A stretch of DNA of 54,659 bases from assembly GCA_964533705.1 (NCBI GenBank), contig CAZHMN010000008.1:1-54659 (forward strand), given 5' to 3'. The stretch is from an uncultured bacterium. Its GTDB lineage: Bacteria; Electryoneota; B3-LCP. Each line of letters starts with the position of its first letter. Position 1 is the stretch's first letter. Below, one piece after another: positions 1 through 8,757 of this stretch. The position numbers and the translations under genes were made by a program. Below the pieces are notes generated by a model. The model saw only the letters and a program-made list of their open reading frames with translations. It was not told the DNA's origin and did not search any database.

Positions 1-368
1 CGGAGCAGTTTGCCGCAGGCACTCTTGACGAATTCGTTATCGTCGCGGCGATATTCCAGCAGCTTGCCGACGTCGTGCAGGATGCCTCCGGCGATCAGGT
101 AATCGAAGTTGATTCTGTAATGATCGCCGTACTGTTCCTCCATGATTTTGGCGCAGGCCAACGCCATCCGGGTTACCGCCCTGGTGTGCTGACGAAAGCT
201 GACCTTCGTTCCCCTGATGAGCAGCGTAAAGGGGATAACGTCCAGGTCTTCAAGTGACCATCCCCCCAATTTAACGGCGTCCTCAAGGGTGTTCAGGGTT
301 TTTTCCCGGATGTCGGCGTCCTCAATCTGGCCGATTTCGGGAAAGAGTTCAAATAACTTTTCTTTCAT
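1..368 (-). CDS. HD-domain (HDIG-type) metal-dependent phosphohydrolase, C-terminus cut by the window edge
   Basis: My own translation of the minus strand from the ATG at 368-366 gives MKEKLFELFPEIGQIEDADIREKTL...FDYLIAGGILHDVGKLLEYRRDDNEF. The GGxLHDxGK segment is the HD signature. The frame stays open to position 1, and the ORF is absent from the ORF track because it has no in-window stop. Confidence 0.75.
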   Translation of the reverse strand, partial: MKEKLFELFPEIGQIEDADIREKTLNTLEDAVKLGGWSLEDLDVIPFTLLIRGTKVSFRQHTRAVTRMALACAKIMEEQYGDHYRINFDYLIAGGILHDVGKLLEYRRDDNEFVKSACGKLL

Positions 369-389
369 ATTCAAACTGTGTGTGTAATT

Positions 390-1805
390 TTATCTGTTAG
401 CTATTCTTGCCGTATTTCGCTGATTAAAGCTGCCCGGCGAGCCTAATTTTATTCCCGTTATATCGGGGTCTTCGCCGTAGTCCAGTGCGTCCAGCAGGTT
501 GTCCTCTGTGTCCAGCAACTCCAGGCGGTAATCATAAACGTCCAGGGTTGATCCGGCTGTGATGATGAAAGACTGGGCGTCCTGGTTGCCCAGGCCTTCA
601 ATTTCATAGGTGTAAAAAGGCCAGACGTTGGTCACGATACCCGCGGCATTGCGTTCTCGCACTACGACTTTGACAAGAACCGCATCAGGGTGAGCGTCGG
701 CATCCCACCACAGTTCGATGGATTCGAAGAAGCCGTCCGGATTGCCTGCCGGGAGTTCGTCCACGCCGTTGGCCGTCCAGGCATCGTCGAACCAGGCGAA
801 GAATCCTTCCACGTCTTCCAGTTTCACCCCGGTGAGGCTGGGGATCGAGTTATAGGGGATATACTGAAGTATGGTTCCGTCCGCTCCGTGCAGTTCGACC
901 CGGATGTTATAGGTATCCTTCGTCATGAGCGGCAGGGTGAAGGAGAGGGTGTCGTCCTGGCCAACATTTCTGGTCACCAGATCGGTGCTGTCCAGCACTT
1001 CAGCTCCTCCGAGCACGGGAATAATGCCGATTATCAACCTGAGATCAACGGAGGCGCCGGAAGTCAGGACCGGCTGCCAGTGGACATTGAACTGCGACCA
1101 GAAGCCGTCCTCATCGCTGTCAATTAGGCCTTCGCCGTAGACGTCCAGATCTACTTCAACGGATGCAGAGTAAATGGCAAAGTCCCATTTCGCCGTATCG
1201 GAATAAGCTTCGGATGAATCTTTGGCCACGACTTTGAAAAGATAGGAGCTTCCCGGATTAAATCCGCTGAAGCTTGCCGTCGTATCCGTCGTCCAATTAA
1301 GGTTATCGTCCAGACCGGCGTAATATCCCGCCAGATTGCCGTCGGGATCTGTGCCCTGCCAGGTGAAGGTCGCCAGATCCGAAGCGAAGATGCTGTCCGG
1401 AGGGCCGGAGAGTATGGTTACATCGGGGGGAATGTTCTGTGCCCCGGCCAGAACTTCAAAATGCCGGATGGAGGTGTCGGAACGAACGCCATCGCTGTCT
1501 ATGGCGAAAAGCTGGAAGGTGTGTGAGGTCCCTTGATCGAAGTTACCGTAAGAGGTAGAGGTCTCCGGTGTGAAGTTCAAATCATCATCTAAACCGGCGT
1601 AATAACCGGAGAGATTTCCATCCGGATCGTATCCCTCCCAGGAAAACTCGATGGTCTGGTCAAAGTAGATGCTAGCCGGAGTATCGGAAGTAATCATGAC
1701 GGCCGGAGGCCTGTTCCGGGAAGAGGTGCTGTCGTCATCACACCCCCACAGAAACGCCAAACCGACCCATAATCCGCAAAAAGCAATGCGAGTCACCGCG
1801 CCCAT
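390..1805 (-). CDS. Secreted lipoprotein with two tandem ~93-aa Ig-like repeats plus a ~250-aa C-terminal domain; function unknown
   Basis: The signal peptide ends in the lipobox LWGC (Cys22). Residues 31-118 and 124-211 are clear repeats (PPxVxI..S..P...F.W.G.DPDGNLxGYYAGLDD.LN.T...S...F..G.S..F). Confidence 0.7.
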   Translation of the reverse strand: MGAVTRIAFCGLWVGLAFLWGCDDDSTSSRNRPPAVMITSDTPASIYFDQTIEFSWEGYDPDGNLSGYYAGLDDDLNFTPETSTSYGNFDQGTSHTFQLFAIDSDGVRSDTSIRHFEVLAGAQNIPPDVTILSGPPDSIFASDLATFTWQGTDPDGNLAGYYAGLDDNLNWTTDTTASFSGFNPGSSYLFKVVAKDSSEAYSDTAKWDFAIYSASVEVDLDVYGEGLIDSDEDGFWSQFNVHWQPVLTSGASVDLRLIIGIIPVLGGAEVLDSTDLVTRNVGQDDTLSFTLPLMTKDTYNIRVELHGADGTILQYIPYNSIPSLTGVKLEDVEGFFAWFDDAWTANGVDELPAGNPDGFFESIELWWDADAHPDAVLVKVVVRERNAAGIVTNVWPFYTYEIEGLGNQDAQSFIITAGSTLDVYDYRLELLDTEDNLLDALDYGEDPDITGIKLGSPGSFNQRNTARIANR

Positions 1806-1829
1806 AATTTCCCCGTATTTTTCCTTTTC

Positions 1830-2543
1830 TTAGCGATCAATCAAGTATCGCAGATCTTCAATCGCCTTGGGTAGTCCCACCATGACCGCCCTGGCGATGA
1901 TGGAGTGCCCGATGTTCAATTCCTGTATTTCCGGGATGGCAGCGACGGCCATTACGTTGTGGTAATTCAACCCGTGCCCGGCTGCCACGAACAAACCCAT
2001 TTTGGCGGCCGCGATGGCGGCGGAAGCCAGCTCATCCAGCGCCATCTCCCGGGCTTGTTCCTCTCTGCTTTCCGAATAAGGACCGGTATGTAATTCGACG
2101 GCATCGGCGCCGATTTTCGCCGATTCTTTCACCGCGTTCAGGTTGGGATCAATAAAAAGGCTCACCTCAATGCCCGAGGTTTTCAGCGTCTGAACGGCGT
2201 CCTTCAGCTTGGATGATTGCCCGATAACGTCGAGACCGCTTTCAGTGGTTCTCTCCTCGCGTTTTTCCGGCACGAAAGTCACTACTTCGGGTTTGACCAG
2301 CAGGGCTTTTTCGATCATCTCCTGAGTGGCCGCCATTTCCATGTTCAGCCGGGTGTGAACCACCTGCCTGATCAACTCCAGGTCGCGATCCTGGATGTGG
2401 CGGCGATCTTCCCGCAGGTGACAGACGATGCTGTCCGCACCGGCTTGGAGGGCTAATATTGCAGCCGCGACAGGGTCGGGTTCCACGCCGCCCCGCGCCT
2501 GCCTGATCGTGGCAACGTGATCAACATTGACGCCAAGTTTCAT
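1830..2543 (-). CDS. pdxJ: Pyridoxine 5'-phosphate synthase
   Basis: N-terminus MKLGVNVDHVATIRQARGGVEPDPV...HLREDRRHIQDRD, and the length (237 aa) is typical of PdxJ. Confidence 0.95.
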   Translation of the reverse strand: MKLGVNVDHVATIRQARGGVEPDPVAAAILALQAGADSIVCHLREDRRHIQDRDLELIRQVVHTRLNMEMAATQEMIEKALLVKPEVVTFVPEKREERTTESGLDVIGQSSKLKDAVQTLKTSGIEVSLFIDPNLNAVKESAKIGADAVELHTGPYSESREEQAREMALDELASAAIAAAKMGLFVAAGHGLNYHNVMAVAAIPEIQELNIGHSIIARAVMVGLPKAIEDLRYLIDR

Positions 2544-2643
2544 ATTTTCGTTCCTGAGCTATAATCTATTTATTGCAGATAGCGTCAAAAGACAGTAATC
2601 GGTGTTAGTTCGCTGCGAGCGATTCAGTTCGTCTTCGCGGTGA

Positions 2644-3165
2644 TCAGAAATAGGTGTTGTCCTTCCAGGTGATGAGGCGAAACTGATCACCTATTTCCTT
2701 GAGAACCGTGAAACGCGCCACACCGTAAAGATCGTACGAAGAAGAACCGTCCGAGGTATAAAGTGAAAGATTGAAACTCACGTCGAATTCCATACTGGAA
2801 TCTTCTTCGGCAAATTCACTGACGGCGCCGGGGATGGCGTACCAGGTCAAGCTTATCTCGTCGAAATTGCGGAAGAGCCCGCCGGTCGCCTTCAGGTCGG
2901 TATCCCGTCCCCACTGGTCGTCGCGGGCGTTCTCCACGTCATAATAGAGGAAAACGAAATTGTCATCCAGGCAATTCGAGTAGCGCAGCGAATCCTGGAG
3001 GACGTAGGAATTGCGGAAGTTTTCCAGCAGTTCCCCGACGGTCTGCTGGTCGGTCCAGAGCGATTCTGAAGGATCCCCGGTAACCGGCGCGAAGGGATTC
3101 AGGCAGCCGGAAGAGATCACACACAGTGAAATAATAATAATTATTTTATAGCTGCTGTTTTCCAT
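2644..3165 (-). CDS. Small secreted lipoprotein, function unknown (distant paralog of the next gene)
   Basis: Hydrophobic signal IIIIISLCVISSGC with a lipobox Cys. It shares a pattern with ORF 3219-3809 (F.N...........Y..C....F.F ... W ... F.L.K....W.I..W.D). Confidence 0.6.
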   Translation of the reverse strand: MENSSYKIIIIISLCVISSGCLNPFAPVTGDPSESLWTDQQTVGELLENFRNSYVLQDSLRYSNCLDDNFVFLYYDVENARDDQWGRDTDLKATGGLFRNFDEISLTWYAIPGAVSEFAEEDSSMEFDVSFNLSLYTSDGSSSYDLYGVARFTVLKEIGDQFRLITWKDNTYF

Positions 3166-3218
3166 TTCCCAGCCTATGCAGTCTCTGTGATTATATAATC
3201 ACCCGGCTGTATAAAAGG

Positions 3219-3809
3219 CTAATACAAACCCGCCTTTAATTCCGTCCAGGAAGGCGATCCCTCGACGTCCTCCCAGCGGTAGATGGCCCAGTAGCCGATG
3301 TCGGTTTTGGCCAGGTAGAAATCCGCTTTTCCCGATACTTCCTGCGGGAGCGTGGGATCGCTGACCGGTACCACCAGATTGTATTCCTGCGTGACCCGGA
3401 CGGAATCTTCATTCCCGTAAACCAGAGGCGCTTCAACCTGGCTGAACGCCAGAAATCCCGGCGATTCTGGCGTCAGCAGGGAGAAGAGGTACTCTATCGT
3501 CTGTTGCTCTTCTTCATAGCCCCAGGGTTCGGATACCGGCCATCCCGTCACGCTGGGATTGGGCACGAACAGGAACGGCAGATCCGAGTTGTCCGGCGAA
3601 AAAAAGCAGCGCAGGTAGTGGTCGCTGTTGAGTTCAGCTATAGCCTGAATCATATTCTGGAAGACAATCTCCACCTGAGTGGGCTGGATCCAGGGCGAAC
3701 CCGAATCGAGTGGGGATTCCGTCGAACGGGTGCTGAAGAGATCGCAGGCAACGAATAATATTGCCATCATCCCAACGGTACCTGTTATCGCCGCTACCCT
3801 CATCCTCAT
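3219..3809 (-). CDS. Small secreted lipoprotein, function unknown
   Basis: Signal MMAILFVAC with a lipobox Cys. Its layout resembles ORF 2644-3165. I recognise no catalytic motif. Confidence 0.6.
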   Translation of the reverse strand: MRMRVAAITGTVGMMAILFVACDLFSTRSTESPLDSGSPWIQPTQVEIVFQNMIQAIAELNSDHYLRCFFSPDNSDLPFLFVPNPSVTGWPVSEPWGYEEEQQTIEYLFSLLTPESPGFLAFSQVEAPLVYGNEDSVRVTQEYNLVVPVSDPTLPQEVSGKADFYLAKTDIGYWAIYRWEDVEGSPSWTELKAGLY

Positions 3810-3850
3810 GCCAATCCACCTGATTTATTTACAAGATAAGCAACTATTAT

Positions 3851-3880
3851 AAAAAAATCAAGCGGCAAACGCCGCTTTTT
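3851..3880 (-). terminator. Rho-independent terminator (bidirectional hairpin) ending the ridA-adh-kdsA-aminotransferase operon
   Basis: AAGCGGC-aaac-GCCGCTT stem-loop at 3860-3877. It is flanked by an A-run on the plus strand, which is a T-run on the minus strand, and lies 55 nt downstream of the stop at 3932. Confidence 0.6.
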
Positions 3881-3931
3881 AAATGCTTTATTGAGGTTTC
3901 GACCGCTTATCTATGCACCTAAGATCTATTT

Positions 3932-5032
3932 TTATGCCCGGATATTGCCTTTTAGTTCCCGATAGACGGTCAGAAGCGCGTCGGCGAGAAAGTCGAAGTC
4001 CTCGGCAGCGATATTGGGGTAATGCCCGATCCTCAAGTACTTTTCAGGATCGTTGCCCAATCCTTTTCCGATGACGATTCCGTAGTTTTCCTTCAGAAAG
4101 GATAGCCAGTTTGAGGCATTGTTATCGGCAAGTTGCAGAATGGTGAAGCAAGGAGATAAGAAAGCAGGATTGCCGAAGATTTTTAAATCTCCTTGAGAAA
4201 TCTTATTCCTGAAATTGAGCGCTTTTTCCTGCAACTTCCCGAAATATTCGTCCTGCCCTTCTTTATTTATGTCATTCAGTACCTGCGTTAAGCAGTGAAG
4301 GGCGAGTAGATTGGGGCTCCACAAGTACTGGCTTTTCATAGAAACGGAGATCAGCCTCTCCATGTCGAAGAAGTAGGACCATTTACGATGGGCCTTTGCA
4401 ACGAAGCGGCTGTCCGCAACGATGAAACTCAATCCCGGGGGACATAGAAGAGATTTATAGGTGGAAGCAATGAAGCAATTGATCCCCCAATCCTTCAATC
4501 TGCATTCGACCGAGCCGATGGACGAAATTCCATCAACGATCGTCGTGGCCTTCAACGATTTGCCGACGTCTCCGAACAGGGCTATGTCATTCAGGACGCC
4601 GGAGGACGTTTCCAGGTGCGTGCAGATCAGCACGTCAGCGTTTTGCTTGTTAGCGAATTCGACGAATTTGTCGGAATGAATAATGCTAAACGGTTCGCCG
4701 AAGGGGAGCTCAAAGGCGCTGACGTTTCTAAGATGATAGCGAGCCACCTCAAAAAGCCGCTCGCCGAAGTAGCCGTTGCGGACGACCACGGCCTTAGTAT
4801 CGCCTGGAAGCGCGGCGATGGCGCACTCCACCGCTCCGGTGCCCGCAGTCGATAACAGTAGAACGTTTGCATCCGTTTGGCAAAATTCCTGCAACCCGAC
4901 TGATACGTCTCGTATCAACGAGGAGAATTCTGCATCACGCGGATACAGGTAGGGTTTCGTCAAAAACTGTTCCCAGGAGCTTCTGGCGTCGGCTGCGCCG
5001 GGGGAGAAATTACGGTAGATTGGATTGGTCAC
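3932..5032 (-). CDS. PLP-dependent aminotransferase, class V (serine-pyruvate / AGXT / PhnW-like)
   Basis: Motifs HLETSSGV, VDGISSIGS and ASTYKSLLCPPGLSF (PLP lysine context) match the class V fold-type I pattern. It lies 18 nt downstream of kdsA. Confidence 0.85.
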   Translation of the reverse strand: MTNPIYRNFSPGAADARSSWEQFLTKPYLYPRDAEFSSLIRDVSVGLQEFCQTDANVLLLSTAGTGAVECAIAALPGDTKAVVVRNGYFGERLFEVARYHLRNVSAFELPFGEPFSIIHSDKFVEFANKQNADVLICTHLETSSGVLNDIALFGDVGKSLKATTIVDGISSIGSVECRLKDWGINCFIASTYKSLLCPPGLSFIVADSRFVAKAHRKWSYFFDMERLISVSMKSQYLWSPNLLALHCLTQVLNDINKEGQDEYFGKLQEKALNFRNKISQGDLKIFGNPAFLSPCFTILQLADNNASNWLSFLKENYGIVIGKGLGNDPEKYLRIGHYPNIAAEDFDFLADALLTVYRELKGNIRA

Positions 5033-5050
5033 AATTTGGGCTTCTTGAAC

Positions 5051-5872
5051 TTACAATGATTCGGTCATCTCTTTATCGAATCTATTCAAAAGACTGCGAA
5101 TGTCAAGGAACGATTTGACGAGATCTCGTAAATTCTTCAGGGGGTAACAGACCACTGAATCGCAGAGCGCCTCGGCGGGCCTGACGTGAGTTTCGACGAA
5201 AAGACCATCGGCGCCAACGGCCGCGGCGCACCGGGTCAGCAGCCCTATCGCTTCCGGCGTCCCTCCCCCTGGATCATCTGAGCGCCGGGAGACATTCCTG
5301 ACGGAGTGGGTTGCGTCAAAAATGACGGGATAGCCAAAGGATTTTAGGATTGCAATGGAGCGGAAATCCACAATTGTATCAGCATAGCCGAACTGATTGC
5401 CGCGCTCGGTAACGTAAACATCTTCGTTGCCACGCGAAGCGACTTTCTCAATTGAATAGTACATGTCATCTGCCGTCACGAAATGGCCTTTTTTAATGTT
5501 GATCGTTTTTCCCGTATCCCCGGCGGCATGCAGAATATCGGTGTTTTTGCAGAGCAAGGCCGGTATTTGGATGACGTCCAGGATTTCGGCGGCTCGCTCA
5601 ACCTCGCGGACTTCGTGAACGTCAGAGGTCACCGGCAGGTTGAATTCACATTTGACGTGATAGAGCAGTTCCAGTCCCTTTTCAATTCCGACCCCGTGGA
5701 ACGAGTTCTCCCGCGTGCGATTCGCCTTGGCGTAAGATCCTTTGAAGATGACAGGGATGTTGAAGTCTTCGCTCAGGGATCTCAACTCGGCGGCGATCCA
5801 AAAGGTGATCTCTTCTGTCTCCAGAGCGCAGGGGCCGGCGATTAAGAGCGGCAGTCCAGTTATACCAGGCAT
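5051..5872 (-). CDS. kdsA: 3-deoxy-8-phosphooctulonate (KDO8P) synthase, metal-dependent (Cys) type
   Basis: LIAGPCALETEE, FKGSYAKANRT, IQIPALLCKNTDIL, NIKKGHF, VTERGNQFGY..VDFRS and DATHSV are all collinear with known KdsA. The Cys in GPCA is the metal ligand of Aquifex-type enzymes. Confidence 0.9.
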   Translation of the reverse strand: MPGITGLPLLIAGPCALETEEITFWIAAELRSLSEDFNIPVIFKGSYAKANRTRENSFHGVGIEKGLELLYHVKCEFNLPVTSDVHEVREVERAAEILDVIQIPALLCKNTDILHAAGDTGKTINIKKGHFVTADDMYYSIEKVASRGNEDVYVTERGNQFGYADTIVDFRSIAILKSFGYPVIFDATHSVRNVSRRSDDPGGGTPEAIGLLTRCAAAVGADGLFVETHVRPAEALCDSVVCYPLKNLRDLVKSFLDIRSLLNRFDKEMTESL

Positions 5873-5911
5873 GCTTTGGTCGCCTTATAAGATATGAATT
5901 AGCTGATCTAA

Positions 5912-6931
5912 TTAATCACGACTGATCTGTATGATCGTTTTTCCGTACTGGGAAGTATCCAGATTGGTGAAAACGTCGTTTATTATTGACAAGGATTCGA
6001 TCGTAATCAATTGATTATAATCCTCGCGCCAGTGCGACGCTAATAATTGAATCGCCTGGGTGAACGGACTTCCGTCTCCGTTTAGGTTGGAGAATTTAAT
6101 GGTGCAACCTTTGGGGGCGATCTCCTCGGGCAGATGCACATTCTGTCCCCGATAGCGGCTGCTGACGATGATTCTGCCCGCGTTTTGCACCGCTGCTACG
6201 GCGTAATCAAAGCCCTCGGCCTGACCCGAGGCCTCGAAGACCAGCGAGTATTTCGCCAGGGTGGGTGGATTCGAAAGAGGGGAGATCGTTTCCCTGAGAA
6301 CGGAGGCTAAATTGCGCAGTTTATCGCGGTTGGGATCATAAACCTCGATCTTCAACTTCGGAAAGAGCCACGATAGCGCCAGGGATAGCAAAGTTCCCTG
6401 CCCCCCGCCTCCGAGGATGAGGATGCGATCAGATCGCTGAACCTTTGATAACTTCAAGGCGTGAAGTGCGCATGAAAGGGGTTCGATCAATGCGCCCAGG
6501 TAAGAGTGCGGAAAATCCGGAATTTGATGGAGGTAGGAATGGTGAATGTCAACGTAGTGGGCGAAACCCCTCGGGTTGAACAGATTGACGCTGTTCGATA
6601 CGCAGAAGTTGGATAGACCGCTTTTGCAGAATTTGCATTGGCCACAACGGTAGTTGGGATCGACCGCCACTTTTTCGCCGCGGTGAAAACTGCTGACGCT
6701 CTCTCCAACTAAGGCGATTGATCCGCAGTATTCGTGTCCCAGGGTGTGGGGATAATTGACGTCCGATTTTCCCTGAAACGTTGCTAAATCGCCGCCGCAG
6801 ATACTGCAGAAGTCCACTTTTAAGCGGACGAAATCGGGCCGGGGCAGGGTGGGCGGCAGTTGTACCTCCCGTATCTGAATCAGCCCGGGATGCTGCAACA
6901 GCGCGTAGCGGTTTGTTTGTACGCCAGACAT
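5912..6931 (-). CDS. Zinc-dependent medium-chain dehydrogenase/reductase (threonine/sorbitol dehydrogenase-like)
   Basis: Catalytic Zn motif CSICGGD...GHEYCG, structural Zn cluster CGQCKFCKSGLSNFC, and Rossmann motif ILGGGGQG. Confidence 0.85.
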   Translation of the reverse strand: MSGVQTNRYALLQHPGLIQIREVQLPPTLPRPDFVRLKVDFCSICGGDLATFQGKSDVNYPHTLGHEYCGSIALVGESVSSFHRGEKVAVDPNYRCGQCKFCKSGLSNFCVSNSVNLFNPRGFAHYVDIHHSYLHQIPDFPHSYLGALIEPLSCALHALKLSKVQRSDRILILGGGGQGTLLSLALSWLFPKLKIEVYDPNRDKLRNLASVLRETISPLSNPPTLAKYSLVFEASGQAEGFDYAVAAVQNAGRIIVSSRYRGQNVHLPEEIAPKGCTIKFSNLNGDGSPFTQAIQLLASHWREDYNQLITIESLSIINDVFTNLDTSQYGKTIIQISRD

Positions 6932-6976
6932 TGAACCAGATCTAAAATCAATTACGGATGAACAAAGGCTCGGCCA

Positions 6977-7384
6977 CTATTTCAATTTAACTGCCGTTAC
7001 GGCGACCTCTACCAAACAGCCCTTTTTGGAAAGACAATTGACTTCCACCAGGGTTGAGACTGGCTTGCATTTCGCGAAATATCGGTTGCGTACTTTGCTG
7101 ATAACAGGAAAATCATTCATATCAGTTACGTAGATTTGCGCTTTCACGATGTCATTAATCGTAGCTCCTGCTTCCGCGAGAATTTTGCGAATGCTTTCGA
7201 ACACGTATTCCGTTTGTTTCTCCGGATCGCCGGGTGCAACGACGTTCTCGTTCGAATCCATCGCCTTCTGACCTGTGAGGAAAATCAGGTCCGCGCCCGG
7301 AAGGGGAACCTTGATCCCGTGCGAATATTCGCCCATCAGCGCGGTGAAATCCCCTTCGGGCTGGAGATACTCAAAAGAAGCCAT
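6977..7384 (-). CDS. ridA: RidA/YjgF/TdcF-family reactive enamine/imine deaminase
   Basis: 135 aa with ...IFLTGQ...GD...QT..V..NI..IL..AG......VK..IYV.DM.DF......Y and a C-terminal VEVAV..V, the typical YjgF fold pattern. Confidence 0.8.
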   Translation of the reverse strand: MASFEYLQPEGDFTALMGEYSHGIKVPLPGADLIFLTGQKAMDSNENVVAPGDPEKQTEYVFESIRKILAEAGATINDIVKAQIYVTDMNDFPVISKVRNRYFAKCKPVSTLVEVNCLSKKGCLVEVAVTAVKLK

Positions 7385-7509
7385 CTCGATTCACTCCTTT
7401 ATACTACAAGGGCTTTCTTTTTTACGTATCGGTTAAAATTACTTTTCTACGGGAACCAGAATTGGCCTGTCTGCGCAGAAAAAAATGCGCCTTTTCAGGG
7501 ATCAAACGT

Positions 7510-7547
7510 GCAAAATATAAGCCCAGTCTCTTCCGAGATGGGCTTAT
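7510..7547 (-). terminator. Rho-independent terminator downstream of the isocitrate/isopropylmalate dehydrogenase-family gene
   Basis: Perfect 9-bp stem ATAAGCCCA (7517-7525) / TGGGCTTAT (7539-7547), followed on the minus strand by ATATTTTG. Confidence 0.6.
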
Positions 7548-7611
7548 TGTGAAAATCAACTGAGGATGTATCACAACGCTACACCATACCTGGCTACGGT
7601 TTAATCATGGC

Positions 7612-8727
7612 TTATAGTTTTTCGACGATTGCTTGAGCCATATCGAGGGTCTTCGCCTGTCCGCCCATATCATAGGTTCGTACTTTTCCCTCGGCGATGA
7701 CTTCGGCCACGGCGTTTTCCATTTTTGCCGCTTTATCCGTCTCACCCAACCAGTCCAGCATCATCTTGACGGATAGGATCGTAGCGATGGGGTTGACCTT
7801 GTACATGCCCGAATATTTGGGAGCCGACCCGTGCGTCGGTTCGAAGACGGCGTAATGGTCTCCGATGTTCCCGGCGCAGGCGAAGCCGAGGCCGCCCACT
7901 AATTGAGCGCAGAGGTCGGAGAGGATGTCGCCGAACATGTTCTCGGCGACCAGGACGTCGTAGTCCTGCGGATTCTTCACCAGCCACATGCACTGCGCAT
8001 CAATGTTGGTTTCCCACAGGGGAATTTCCGGATAGTCTTTGGCGATTTTCCTCGCCGAACGGATCATCAATCCGCCGGTTTCTCGCAGGACATTGGGCTT
8101 GTCCACCACCGTTACTGAACGGCGATGAAACTTTCTGGCGAATTGAAAAGCTTGAGTAGCGATGCTCTCACAGCCTTTACGGCTCATGATTCGGGTGCTT
8201 AAAGCCAGGTCCTCAAGGGGATGAACGCCGAATTTTTTCATCTTGGGGTGGACGCAAAGCGCATCGAATACCGACTGGGGTAGAGGATGGAATTCAACTC
8301 CGCCGTACATCCCTTCGGTGTTCTCGCGAAAGACCACCAGGTCAATGTCATCCCGGTAGTTCAGGGGATTCCCTTTGTAAGCTTTGCAGGGGCGCATGTT
8401 GGTGTGCAGGTTCAATTCCTGCCGCAAGCGCACAATCGGGCTGAAATAAGAGTATCCCTTACCCTGAAGAGACGGATCCAGCTCTTTGGCGGCCTCGTCC
8501 TTCGGTTTGGATGTAATGGCGCCGAACAGGGCGCAGTCGGTGTCCTTCATCAGGGCCAGCGTTCTGTCCGGCAACGGGTTACCTTCGTGTTTCCAGAATT
8601 CCCAGCCAATGTCTCCGTGGACGTACTCTGCGTCGAATTGCAGCGCATCCAAAACCAGCCGCGCTGCTTCCATAACTTCCACGCCCACGCCGTCTCCCGG
8701 CAGCCAGGCGATGCGGTACTTGGCCAT
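7612..8727 (-). CDS. Isocitrate / homoisocitrate / 3-isopropylmalate dehydrogenase-family beta-decarboxylating dehydrogenase
   Basis: YRIAWLPGDGVGVEV, VVFRENTEGMY, NMFGDILSDL.A.LVGGLG and FEPTHGSAPK are family hallmarks. I cannot assign substrate specificity by eye. Confidence 0.85.
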   Translation of the reverse strand: MAKYRIAWLPGDGVGVEVMEAARLVLDALQFDAEYVHGDIGWEFWKHEGNPLPDRTLALMKDTDCALFGAITSKPKDEAAKELDPSLQGKGYSYFSPIVRLRQELNLHTNMRPCKAYKGNPLNYRDDIDLVVFRENTEGMYGGVEFHPLPQSVFDALCVHPKMKKFGVHPLEDLALSTRIMSRKGCESIATQAFQFARKFHRRSVTVVDKPNVLRETGGLMIRSARKIAKDYPEIPLWETNIDAQCMWLVKNPQDYDVLVAENMFGDILSDLCAQLVGGLGFACAGNIGDHYAVFEPTHGSAPKYSGMYKVNPIATILSVKMMLDWLGETDKAAKMENAVAEVIAEGKVRTYDMGGQAKTLDMAQAIVEKL

Positions 8728-8757
8728 TTGTTCCTCTCGTTCTTCTTTATATTTCTT

